50,393 bases of DNA, taken from Dicyema japonicum (lineage: Eukaryota; Animalia; Dicyemida). A program made the translations under genes and the position numbers. Positions 12,240-24,450 of this stretch are shown piece by piece. Position 1 is the first letter of the stretch, and each line of letters starts with the position of its first letter. The notes below the pieces were generated by a model. The model did not search any database, was not told the DNA's origin, and saw nothing but the letters and a program-made list of their open reading frames with translations. Where the stretch lies: positions 633,459-683,851 of the forward strand of contig RDEW01000002.1 in assembly GCA_011109175.1 (NCBI GenBank), written 5' to 3'.

Positions 12240-12485
12240 AAACAGATTATTGTTAAGAATCATGTATGACTAACAATTTAAATAAACATAATTTCAGTTC
12301 ACTGTTGTTAAGGTAAATCAACTGATTTTTCTGTTATATATTTACCATTATTGGTATACTTGAAATTGTTACTTTATTTTATTTTCCATGACTCTTTTAT
12401 CAACCATTTGCTCCATTTATTTTTCTCCAACTAAGAATTGTAAAAACTGATGATATAGTTATTTAGTAACCTCGACCTCTCTACC

Positions 12486-12590
12486 TCATAGGAGACCGAT
12501 TTTCCTTAGGAATCCAGCAGCTAGTGATGGACGTTCCATAAATCTCTGATGTTCACGGAGGTCACGGGTGTTCCCACACGTGCAGGAATT
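12486..12590 (-). mobile_element. Vingi/Ingi-like LINE C-terminal remnant
   Basis: Ends RPSLAAGFLRKIGLL, resembling the LW..P...A.FL terminus; related to 18145-18230. Confidence 0.55.
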
Positions 12591-12951
12591 AAATTTTAAA
12601 GAAATTTTTCCACAAATTGTTGACCATTTGTAGTCACATTTACATGTACGAATTATTTTTTTACCCATATCAGTTGAACTCTATGATTGGGTGAGTAATC
12701 CTTTAACTGAGTACGAAATAACTGGAAACGAGCTATCATAAAATAGAACATAATCAATAATTTTAATAGCATCTTCAAAAACATCAATCAATGAAGGAAA
12801 TATTATTCGACACCAGAGAATGAAGGTGAAGAATGCAATGACTACTAGTACAATTAATAGTGTTAAAAATATTTTCTCCATTTCAATTAATTTATAACAT
12901 GTCTTTTTAATATTAACATGTCGCATATTAACATGTCTTTTTAATAATATC

Positions 12952-13228
12952 GCTCCCAACAGGCAGAAAACACAATTAATTTAAAGCAAAGAATAGTTAT
13001 AATAGCTAATCGAATGAGAAATGCTCTTCACTTTTTGTTTTCTTTTTGTTCAGTGTATGTCCTTTATAAACGATTCTGTTCAGCAGTGAAATTCACTGAT
13101 GACGACGTCAATCGTCAAGCCAAAGCACATTGATGCGTGGAGCATTCAACCGAAATGTGCAGTATCGAGATTCGAACTAACGACATCAGGACTCTTGCTT
13201 GGCAACCGTTACACTGCCCCACCCGGCC
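12952..13228 (-). mobile_element. tRNA-headed SINE copy
   Basis: Minus strand begins GGCCGGGTGGGGCAGTG (A-box-like) then GTTCGAATC (B-box), followed by the family core. Confidence 0.8.
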
Positions 13229-13964
13229 ACGAAAATCTGAAAATTTATTATTTTAAAATGAAACTGTTTTAGAGGGTTTCATTTCTGATTGAACTATTAA
13301 AAATAGCATTTAAAAAATTCATGTATCGAATACTGACGTCCTTCACGTATCACTCCACTGTGGGTTCAATTTTCACGCACTAAATAATTCAATTTTCCTT
13401 CATAAAACAATGTCCATTTCACCTTAAAATGGATAAAATTACAATCATCAACCTATATATTCCCCCTCCTACAAGTTGCTTAATAGGATACAAACCTGAC
13501 CTCTCTGGGATCTCGCCCTGAAGAAGATAATCGTTAGCCAGGAATCCTCTGTAGTCTGTCGAAGGGAAATTAGATCAACGAGGAGAGTGCATCTCGTCGT
13601 ACTCCTTCTCAAATAGATCCTAATCCATTTTTTAATTCACCCTAATTAATCTGAAAATCGGGAACCGATGTAAAGGTCTCCCTTTTTGTCCCATACTACG
13701 TCGAACATGTTTTTGGACGATAGATCCTAATCCATTTTTTAATTCACCCTAATTAATCTGAAAATCGGGAACCGATGTAAAGGTCTCCCTTTTTGTCCCA
13801 TACTACGTCGAACATGTTTTTGGACGATATTAAAAATTTCGTTTTTCCTCCTAAAAGAAGCTGGTAACTAATTGTTTTAGAATGACAAGTAAGACTAATC
13901 AGCCCGGACGTGATACTTTACCCGGACGTGATGCTATACGACAATAACTAACTAAATTTATATT

Positions 13965-15243
13965 AGTTAATATTAGAAGATAAGTTTTTGTCGCTGGGTG
14001 CTTTACTGACAGATTACAAAGTGGACTTCACGATTCTAAGAAACAAAGTTAATTAAATCAATACCTACATCTCGAGACGTGTTTGTTTCTATAAATAATT
14101 TGTTTGTTTTGGCAAGAAACATTGGTTTATTTAATTCACTTTTCAACAAGATTTGTTTCCTTGTCATCGATCAGTATTGACATCTAAGTTNGTTAATATT
14201 AGAAGATAAGTTTTTGTCGCTGGGTGCTTTACTGACAGATTACAAAGTGGACTTCACGATTCTAAGAAACAAAGTTAATTAAATCAATACCTACATCTCG
14301 AGACGTGTTTGTTTCTATAAATAATTTGTTTGTTTTGGCAAGAAACATTGGTTTATTGAATTCACTTTTCAACAAGATTTGTTTCCTTGTCATCGATCAG
14401 TATTGACATCTAAGTTTTTTTAATTACATCCCAATTCTTGACAGACCGCCACAAACTCCAAACATTCTCTTCCTCTTCCAAACTCTTCGTATGCCTGGAT
14501 GGTACACCTCAACTGGAAACTCGAGATGTTGTTTGTTCCCCTGGATTCTATTGCTTTCTGTAGATATTGAACAAAACCCTGGACCAAAACCCCTTTTTAT
14601 TATGAACCTCATTGCTAACGGTATAAAAACAAAGATTCTGGAGTTTCGATGTCTATCATCAAAACACAAGATGACATTTGCCATATCCAGGAGACGAAAT
14701 TTTTTACAGAGAGTACAACCCCACTTGTTCCTGGATACAACTCTATCAGAATAGACCGAATTGGACATGGTGGCGGCTTACTTATCATTATTTAAAGCGG
14801 TATATCTTTCCACGATGTGAGCTCGCAAGTGAATGATTTAAATCTACACGACAGGACCGCGCGACAAATTTATATTGATCTTATTAATGGGTCAGAACAT
14901 ATAATTTTAATCAACATTTACATTCCACTGCCGGGAGCCAGTTTTAATAACTATGTTCAGAAGCTCGACAGACTACAAGAAATTCAAATGTGTTACTATG
15001 TTAAGATTTCAACGCCAAACATCCGCAATGGTTCAGTACCCAGTCGGCAGACAAGAGGAGAGTCTAATTATCGACTCTTTCGAAAAACTGGTGATTTTGA
15101 ATCACACGAACATCTTCACAAGGACACCAGTCCGAAGAAATGATAACCCAACCACCCCCGACAAATCCTTTGTCTCCTCTAGAATTGCCCCGAAAATTTC
15201 ATGGAACGTCTCCTACAATTTTCATAATGATCATAATAGTTGA
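13965..15243 (+). mobile_element. Ingi/Vingi-like LINE family A, 5' part (2A + APE)
   Basis: WILLLSVDIEQNPGP at 14542-14586 directly before the APE N-terminus; paralog of 6684-7719. Confidence 0.8.
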
Positions 15244-15482
15244 GGGAATACTGAATCTCCTTGCAAAATTCAACGTCCCAGTATTACAGAACCAATTCTT
15301 CTTCCATCTAAGTGTAAATTTACAGTTTACTTGTAGACTATGGTTCTTACAAAGTTAACAATTCAACAGGTATTCCTGAACAGTCAAATACATGAAATAA
15401 AAATTCATGGTCAACAGAATCAAAAGCCTTATTCACATCAACCCAAGCAAACTAAAGGGTGTTTCCATACTCCTTATTTAAG

Positions 15483-16300
15483 CATCGATTAATAGGGGAT
15501 TGTTCCTTAGCGCCCTGACAATGTTTCTTCGTTCCCAGCTGATTGTCAGATAATTGCCCAAACAAAACCACATAATCTGAGAGTTTGGAATAAACTCATT
15601 TGGTAATAAGTTTATATAATGTTGGCATACACGTTATAGGACGTAAGTCTTTAGAAGTCTCACAATCATCCTTTTTAGGAATTAAATAGGTTATTCCAGT
15701 ATAAAACCAACTTTCAGGAATATATTCCCCATTAATAATTCGGTTAATCTCAGTACATAAAAAGTGATGTAAAGATTCCATTTTCTTAATAAAAAAAATA
15801 ATATGACCAATCGCATCCACACGCCTTCCAATCAAGAGCAATTTAATAACATCCAGAATAAACTCATTTGTGAACTCTTGCAACATGCCTTTAATACCAG
15901 TATTTATTTTACCAACACTTTCATATGACACGTGCATATCTTTTTTTAGACCACATTTTTTTCCCAAAACGACTACAACCCGTATCATCGAAACCATATA
16001 ACGTTACTTCATTGCTTGCTGATAGGTTCCGATAAAATCTTCATCGATTTAATTCAAAACAACAGTTGTAATTGCCAAAGTCCTTCCTCGAATAATGTAC
16101 AGCTATTTGCTTTTCTTAATTCTGACAAGGTCACATAATAGAGCCTCAATCCTGACAACCTTCCCTTTTTTGGCCCTTTTGTATCCATGGGCACAAAGAA
16201 AATCCATAACCTATTGTTTTTTAAACACAGCGAGAGCCTGTCTGGAAAAACGATTGACAAGTTCTATTTCTGCCATCACCTTTGAGATTTTCTTCTCAAA
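15483..16300 (-). mobile_element. R4/Dong-like non-LTR RT remnant
   Basis: WFYTGITYLIPK..DLRPITCMPTLYKLIT and NQLGTKKHCQGAKEQ; absent from the paralogous block at about 7955. Confidence 0.7.
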
Positions 16301-16307
16301 TGCATAT

Positions 16308-16590
16308 AGCTGGGTGGCATAGTGGTTAGGTGTCTGACCAAATTGGGTTAGTTCACGGGTTCGATTCTCGCTGCTGCACACCTGGTGAAAGGTTCCAAGC
16401 ATCTACGATGCGCAAAGGGCTTGACTAGTGACGCCGTCATCAGTGGAGATTCACTGCGGAACTGGATAGTTAAAAAGACATACACACAAGAAAAAGAAAA
16501 AACAAAGAAGTGAAGAGCATTCTTTGGTGTCCCTCTACGATTAGTTATAATAACAGTTCTTTACTTAAATAAAGTGTGTGTTCTGCACGA
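16308..16590 (+). mobile_element. tRNA-headed SINE copy
   Basis: A-box TGGCATAGTGG, B-box GGTTCGATTC, conserved core hairpins. Confidence 0.85.
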
Positions 16591-16835
16591 GCGAAACCCT
16601 AGGCATCTTACGTGCTTATGGCAACGCGTTAGTGCTTAAAAAATATGCATATAAATTAAATATCCAGTACTCCACTTAAAAGTTCCAAATTTGGAAATTA
16701 CCACATAAAAATTATGCCATTTTCCAAACTACCCTAAAAACCAGAGGTTTCCTCAAAAGTTAAAGTTTCCCAAGCCCCAAATGGAGGTCATATTGAAATA
16801 ATATTCGCACTTTCCGAGGAGCAATATCAGTTTTC

Positions 16836-17113
16836 GCTCTCAACAGGCAGAAAACACTATTAATTTTAAGCAAAGAATAGTTATAACGGCTAATCGAAGG
16901 AGGAATGCTCTTCACTTTGTTGTTTTCATTTTGTTCGGTGTATGTCCTTTATAGACAAACTTGTTCCGCAGTGAAATTCACTGATAACGACGTCAATCGT
17001 CAAGACAAAGCATATTGATGCATGGAACATTCAACCGAAATGTGCAGTATAGAGATTCGAACATATGACATCAGGACTCCTGCTTGGTAGCCGTTCACTG
17101 CCCTCAGCCGGCC
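16836..17113 (-). mobile_element. tRNA-headed SINE copy
   Basis: Paralog of 12952-13228 and 8130-8394. Confidence 0.8.
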
Positions 17114-17199
17114 ACGAAAATCTTAAAATTTATTATTTTAGAATGAAACTGTTTAAGAGGGTATCATTTCTGATTGAACTATTGAAAATAGCTTTTAAC

Positions 17200-18230
17200 A
17201 AATTCATGTATTGATTACTGACGCCGTTCACGTCTCACTCCACTGTGGGTTCAATTTTCACGCACTAAATAATTCAATTTTCCTTCATAAAACAATGTCC
17301 ATATCACCTTAAAATCGATAAAATTACAATCATCAACCTATATATTCCCCCTCCTACAAGTTGCTTAATAGGATACAAACCTGACCTCTCTGGGATCTCG
17401 CCCTGAAGAAGATAATCGTTAGCCAGGAATCCTCTGAGTCTGTCGATGGGAAATTAGATCAACGAGGAGAGTGCATCTCGTCGTAGATTGAAAACCTTGT
17501 TGTCCTAAATTACTCTTTCCAGCACAAATGTACAGCTTTACGACAAGAAGAATCCAACACATCTTTGATATCTCCATTTTCTCAACATCGCTCTTCAGGT
17601 GTTTTTGTCAGTGGTGTATGACTTTTCTTTCTGACCACTACCCGATATTATTTAAAATCAAAAGATTCAATCAAATTCGATTTGATAAAAAAACTTTCAT
17701 CAATTACTAACGCGGTTTGGTTTAAATTCGAACAAGAAACTGAACATTGGTTAAGACTTTGAATTCAGAAACACTAATTTTTAAATGAAACCACGGAACC
17801 GGACTACCCTTGCCACTTCTTGAACCACACAAAGAACTGCTGTATGATAACACTTACTATAGCGAATCTTTTCGAGAACTGGTAAAAATTCCTCAGTCAC
17901 CTCCTGATAAATCTAAGTTAAAGGCAATAAACTACCTCATCTTAACCAAAGCCTAGTTTTGATTAATATACAGGATGGCCTTCCTCTTCTGATTGATGAC
18001 TCGGAAACAACCCTAGATAGAGAAACGAGTAGAAGCCTAGCACAAACACGCCCAGAACGCTTATCTTAAAGGAAAAATTGGGCTCTTGGCCTCCTTCACC
18101 GGACCAGTAATCAATAATTTAATAATTTTTTAAGAAGCTTTCTCATGCGTGACTTCCGTGAACATAAGAGACCTATGGAAGAGTCCATCAAGAGCTGATA
18201 GATGGCTGAAGACAGCCGGCCTCCTACAAA
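17200..18230 (+). mobile_element. Internally deleted Ingi/Vingi-like LINE remnant
   Basis: APE pieces (IINLYIPP, LSDHYPI) and C-terminal DLWKSPSRADRWLKTAGLL. Confidence 0.6.
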
Positions 18231-18448
18231 ATTGCGAGGTTTGCTGTTAATAACTAACTATATCATTAGCTTTTTCAATTCTTCTTAATTGGAGCAAAAT
18301 AATTAGATCAAATGGTTGATAAAAGAGTCATGGAAAATAAAATAAAGTAACAATTTCAAGTATACCAATGATGGTAAATATATAACAGAAAAATCAGTTG
18401 ATTGCATTAACAACAGTGAACTGAAAATCTGTTTATTTAAATTGTTAG

Positions 18449-19709
18449 TCATACATGATTCTTAACAAATATCTGTTTTCTATAATTGTCCAAATAGATG
18501 TCGTCAAACTCATCTACAAAATTCATTGACTTCATTCGAATCCAATTTTCTAGGCATTCTAGAGTAGACGGATTATAATCTGAATGAAATTTGTTGGCGA
18601 TAATAGCTTTACTATTAACAGCATATTGTAAATCCTGTGCTCCCAAAATACATACACTACGAGCAAAGAAGCCATAGCAACCTCTAAACCATTGTTTGTA
18701 GCGATTTCTTATTTGTGGTTCAAGCTTTAAAGGATCGATGTTGGTTCAAATATTAATATATGCTACCTGACAATGATCCTGGAACTTTCAAAATTTTGGA
18801 ATTATAGTTTAATGTTGCATAAAATGTTTCATCCGGACAATGTGTGTTTTCCAACCATTTAAGTAATTCAGAGTAAGTTTCATTTTTCAATATAAAGTCG
18901 ACAAATCCCCGACAAAAGACACCATGCAAACCTGCCTTGTATAGTTTAATTCCATGTCTAAACTCCTCGGCCTTTTTTTTATATCTTAATTTTCTGAAAT
19001 AATCCCAAATCAAAATATACGGTAATATTTTAGGATTCTCTATCCAATTAGACCCGTTGAGAGCTTTCGTTATTCTTACAATTTCCTTATTAGATTTCAA
19101 TGGGAATTCTTCTCCTGTTAGATTTATTATGTATTTCCAATAAGTCGAACGTTCGTAGAGTAATTCCATGCATTTTATTTCTGCCAGCAATGTAGTGATT
19201 GTCCCCCATTCGACGTCATATGTATTAATTACAATCACATTTGGGAGACAGCTTGTGAAATTTTTAATACTTTGTAGAAATTCTGAACCGGATTTTCTGT
19301 CCACGTGGATACAATAAAGGTTATTTGTTCTATAAATTGTTCTGAGCAGTTGTTCAACTTGTTTAGAGTTTCTGTAAACAATCAACAAGTAGGCCAGTGG
19401 ATTAGCTTGCTCCTCTTGAGAGATTGGATATGAAAAATATCCACTTGATTTTGCGTGTTCAGCACAGTTTGTGACCCGAATATTACTCAAAGGTGTTTTG
19501 TCTGATTCTTCCTTCAACTTTGAAATCACTTTATGATTTCCTTTCAATAGTAATTGACACGTTTTATACTTTATAATAAATGACACATTCATCTTAGTCA
19601 GTTTGTGAATCAAAAATATCAAAATGATAGTTATTAAATAAATCTTAAACTTTTTGCTTTTATCCAAAGAGATCAAATACCTTAACCTTATTTGTCGAAT
19701 CCCCATCAT
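18449..19709 (-). CDS. GT14 beta-1,6-GlcNAc transferase-like; exons 19709-18767 and 18744-18449; intron acceptor reads AA
   Basis: Both exons are open and carry all GT14 motifs. The 22-nt intron 18745-18766 reads GT...TTTGAA, so function is uncertain. Confidence 0.75.
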
Positions 19710-19854
19710 TTTCAAATTTGACTTCTTTATTTCTTTCGCAAATAAAAACTATTTATTGACCTAATTACTTTTTTTTAAATGATCTATGGTAAACCATTTC
19801 AGAATAACATATTAATTGTTAAATATTGATATAATTATAATCAATTTATATTAG

Positions 19855-21265
19855 TTAATATCAGAAGAAGAGTTGAAAATCGCTGGGTGCTTTACTGACA
19901 GATTACAAAGTGGCCTTCACGATTCTAAGAAACAAAATTAATTAAATCGAGTCGTGTTTGTTTATATGAATAATTTTTTGTTTTAGCAAGAAACATTGGA
20001 CTAAATTTATTCATTTTCTATCAAGATTTGGCTCTCTGTCATCGATCAGTGTTGACAACTAAGGTTTTTAATAACATCCCAAATCTTGACAAACCGCCGC
20101 AAACTCCAAACATTCTCTTCCTCTTCCAAACTCTTCGTATGCCTGGATGGCATACCTCAACTGGAAATTCGAGATGTTATATGTTCCCCTGGATTCTATT
20201 GCTTTCTGGAGATATTGAAAAAAACCCTGGACCAAAACCCCTTGCTATTATGCACCTCATTGTGAGCTCACAAGTGAATGAATTAATACTAGACACGACA
20301 GGACCGCGGAACAAAATTATATTGATCTTAATAGTGGGTTAACATCTTATTCTAATCAGCATTTACATTCCACCACCGGGATCCAGTCTTAATAACTATG
20401 TTCCGAAGATCGACAGACTACAAGAAATTCGAAATGTGTTACTATGTGGAGATTTCAACGCCAAACATCTATAAAAAGAACGTCATCCCATGCAAATACA
20501 AGAACTCACATATAAGACCCCCCTTAGAACTAGGAGAACCGAAAATCTTACCTACTTCCTACTGTCCAATTTCATTGACGTGCGCATTATTGCGCCCAAT
20601 GGAGAAACTCGTACGCAGGAAAGTTAAACCCCATTTGCCTAACTGCCAGATTAAAAATGGTTTCAAATGTGAGCGTTCAACTAAGACACAGTACAGGTAG
20701 GCCACGCAAGATCGAGGTCCCGTCTTCTATCAAATGAGGTCCCTCAAAATCGCCCCTCTCTCCGGCACTATTCAAGTTATTCCTAAACAATTTACTAAAG
20801 GACAAGATTCAATGCTTTTTGCATATGCTGACGACTTAATTATTGATAGCAGAAGAATTACGTAGATATGGCAAAATCAGAGCTTCAGTCACATATTGAT
20901 GATCTGGGACCCGGTTGAAATGAATCGTCTCTCATATTTAGGAATAAATTAACGTCTAATATCTTCACCACAGACAGAAAAGAAAAATATACACTGGATT
21001 TGAGCATATATGGAAACTCTACCTTTACAGATTCATCCGACTATTCTGGAAGTTAGATTCGACCTTTGATGACATTTTCTCATCACGTGAAGAACGTTAT
21101 GACAAAAGGTCTCAGAAATCTTAGTATAATGAAATCGTTCTTAAAGTCCGGGCTGTCACGGGAATGCGCTGTCGTTTTGTACAATCAACTTTTAAAACCG
21201 AAAGTTGAGTATGCTTATGCCTCATGGGCTAATGGAGTTTCAACATCCAATTTGTACAAGATCAT
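19855..21265 (+). mobile_element. Ingi/Vingi-like LINE family A, internally deleted (intact 2A, APE and RT pieces)
   Basis: WILLLSGDIEKNPGP at 20190-20234; SYCPISLTC and YADD downstream. Confidence 0.8.
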
Positions 21266-21299
21266 TTCCTTAACAGTCAAATTGGTACGTCTAACGAAT

Positions 21300-21870
21300 C
21301 TAACTGTCGATCTTGGATAAGCATTGGAGGATTACACTCTAAGGACTTGACCCGGTCTTCTGCGAAAAATGTTGATTTCTTAGAAAGAAACCCGATGTCG
21401 ATGTTAGTAGGAGACTTGAATCTTAATAATTCGAGTTACAGATGTTGTAAAAACAACGGGGATGGACTACTCCTTGCAGATTTAAGTAGCGAAATTGGAG
21501 TTGAAGTCTTGACGTCTGAGGAACCTAACCATTTCTACACTATGTGCGGTGATATGCTGCTATTGATTCTAGTGTCTGCACAACTTATAGATCATGTGGA
21601 CAGACCGAGAATACTTTGATATCATATCACACAGAGAATACTTATAAACCTGGAACCGAATGTTATTGAAGATATTTTCATAAAATATGATACCTCATCG
21701 ATAGACTGGGAACATTATCGTGTGTTTTTGTCTAAGACCTTGCGAATAAGAACTAATTCTTTCTCTACACCTGAGGAGTTGGACGTTTGTAACTGAAACT
21801 ATCCAAAATTATGCTGATGTATCTGCGATTGTTGGAAAGAAGGTTTATTCCAAGAGTGCTTCGAACAAAA
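21300..21870 (+). mobile_element. LINE APE endonuclease remnant
   Basis: MLVGDLNL...NNGDGLLL...EPNHF. Confidence 0.55.
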
Positions 21871-22119
21871 AGCCGTCTTGAAAATGTGCATTTCTCATAA
21901 AAAATTATTTTCTCGCCATACTAATCGTAATTCTAGAGGTGTCGGCAAACCAAATGGTCTAAAAGGCACACTGGTTTAAGTAAACCCATTGAATATATAT
22001 TAAATCAATTAAACAACAATATTTTAGAATAAATCTTTATTAGTAAGTTATCCTTTAAAACCAACTAGAATCTTGTTAAAACGAGTCAGATTATTAGCTT
22101 TTACATTTTTTGTTGTGAA

Positions 22120-23795
22120 TGGTTATCAACAAAATTAACGATTGCTAAATTGATATGAAGAACAAATTATCTGAAAGACAGATAATTAAAAAATACAAAA
22201 CTAGTAAAGGCATGATTTCGCGATTAAAAAAACAATTGTACCTTTTCTTGAACAAAAAACTGTAAACACGGATGAGGATCCTATGCCTTATTGTGAGAAA
22301 TCTAAATTCGATGATAAAGTTTTTGAAATATTTCAGAAACTACGCGAAGATAAGGTTCCAATATCAGGTCCTTTCATAAAGAAAATTTCCTTATATACGG
22401 CTTCAAAAATTGGATTTGATACTTTCAAAGCTTCAAACGGCTGGCTTGACAGATTTAAAAAGCGACATGAACTGAAATTCATGTGACTTGATTTACATCA
22501 AATAGTTTTTTAAAATTCTTGACGAGAAAATTATTCAATATGGAAGTCAAAATGTTTTTAATTGTGATGAAACTGCTCTTATATAAAAAGGACTCCACGA
22601 AAGTCGTTTGTCGGAATAAATGACGATACTTTTGGCTTTAAACAGNTTCAAAACTTCAAACGGCTGGCTTGACTGATTTAAAAAGCGACATGAACTGAAA
22701 TTCATGTGACTTGATTTACATCAAATAGTTTTTTAAAATTCTTGACGAGAAAATTATTCAATATGGAAGACAAAATGTTTTCAATTGTGATGAAACTGCT
22801 CTTTATATAAAAAGGACTCCACGAAAGTCGTTTGTCGGAATAAATGACGATACTTTTGGCTTTAAACAGGGAAAAGAGAGAGTCACTGTACTTCTTTGTT
22901 GCAATTCCATGGGGGAAAAACTTGAGCCATTGATTGTTGGAAAATTTAAAAACCCTCGATGTCTCAAAAATATCAATGTGAAAGATTTTGGAATTTCATA
23001 TTCATCCTCAAAAAATGCATGGATGACTTAAAATATTTTTGTGAGCTGGTTGACTCGGATAAAAGAAAGATTTTATCAATCAACAGAAAAGTATTAATAT
23101 TGCTTGATAATGCGGGATATCATAAAACTATTGAATGCTCAAATATTGAGTTTTTATTTTTGCCAAAAAATACAACACCGTATTTGCAACCATTGATATG
23201 GGAATTATCAAGACCTTTAAAGATTATTACTCAAATTATCTGATTCAGTATTTGTGTTTTGAGGAGAATGATGATGAATTCAAACGGTTGATAAACAAAA
23301 TAAACCTTCGTCATATAATTGTGCTAATTTCTAAAAGCAGGGAAAAACTTGTTCCAAGTTTAATATTTAATTGTTGGAATCAAATTGAAAAGATTCGTGA
23401 TTCCGTAAAAATTGAAGATACCATTACAGAAGAAATAATCAACAATGCCGTAAACGAAACATTGAATGGGGAAAGTGACAAATTCGTTTATAATATTTAC
23501 AACGAAGGTTTAGAAAACGATCACATGGAAACAATTCTAAGAGAAACGTAAGATTCTCTTGATCAGTTAGAGAAGAAAATTTTTTACATATCTCATGAAA
23601 TGCTCAAAGAATTTTACGATTTTCGACTTAATTTTATGAAAAATGTTAGAATTAAAAGGATAACTGGGAATAAATTAACTGATTATTTTTCTAAAATTGA
23701 TTTTTGATGTTTAAAATCTCTGTTTTATTAAACCTTTGTTTTTGGGGCACCCCCGCTTTTTGGGGCACTTGGTGCCCAAATTCGGGGTCAGGCTG
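22120..23795 (+). mobile_element. pogo/Tigger-like transposon, decayed
   Basis: FKASNGWLDRFKKRH, FNCDETAL, LLDNAGYH and FLPKNTTPYLQPL; right end ...GGGGTCAGGCTG followed by TA. Confidence 0.9.
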
Positions 23796-23977
23796 TATTG
23801 ACATACATCAGTTGCATTTTTGATTACTTATATTATTATTATTAAAAACCAAAAATCACTGACAAATTAAATAACTCACTGACAATTAATGCGATCTTCT
23901 ATGTTGCCACATAGTCGTAGTCGTCAGGTGTAACTACATAGTCGTCAGGTGATTCCAGGCCGCTTCGAGTAGCCATC

Positions 23978-24450
23978 TCATTCTTGATCGGTGTTCTTCC
24001 TATTCCAGCCAGTCTGCCCATACATTCTAAACTCTGACTTTAATTTCTTTTTCGTTCCAATTTTGGAAACTTCATTTTCTCCATTACGGGCATTTTCTCG
24101 TTTTAGAAATAATTTTCCATTCGATTCTTTCCTTTTTTGCTCAATTTTGTTTTTCTTCGCTATGTTAGCTTCAACAGCCTTGGGGCATCCTCCATAATTG
24201 GCAAAGTGGCTGGATGAACCACAATTCACACACAACTTATAATTGTTTGTAACCGGACACTGCGATCTTCTATGTGGCCCAGAACAAATAAGGGATCCTT
24301 CAACATTTTTGTAAAATCGAGCAATATGGCCAAACTGTTGACAACGAAAACATTGGATCTCAGGTTTATTGAACCATTCAGCTTTTATCTTCAGATATCC
24401 ATTTATCATTCCAAATCTTACAAGGGATTCAGCCACATTTTTATTTTTAT
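23978..24450 (-). mobile_element. LINE ORF1 (gag-like) zinc-knuckle remnant, Jockey/I type
   Basis: QCFRCQQFGHIARF, ICSGPHRRSQC and CVNCGSSSHFANYGGCP: three CCHC knuckles, partly decayed. Confidence 0.8.

Noticed and set aside
16308-16380. Possible tRNA genes (also near 13160-13228 and 42265)
   Set aside because: A/B boxes are present but there is no acceptor or anticodon stem, and each continues into a repeated SINE body.
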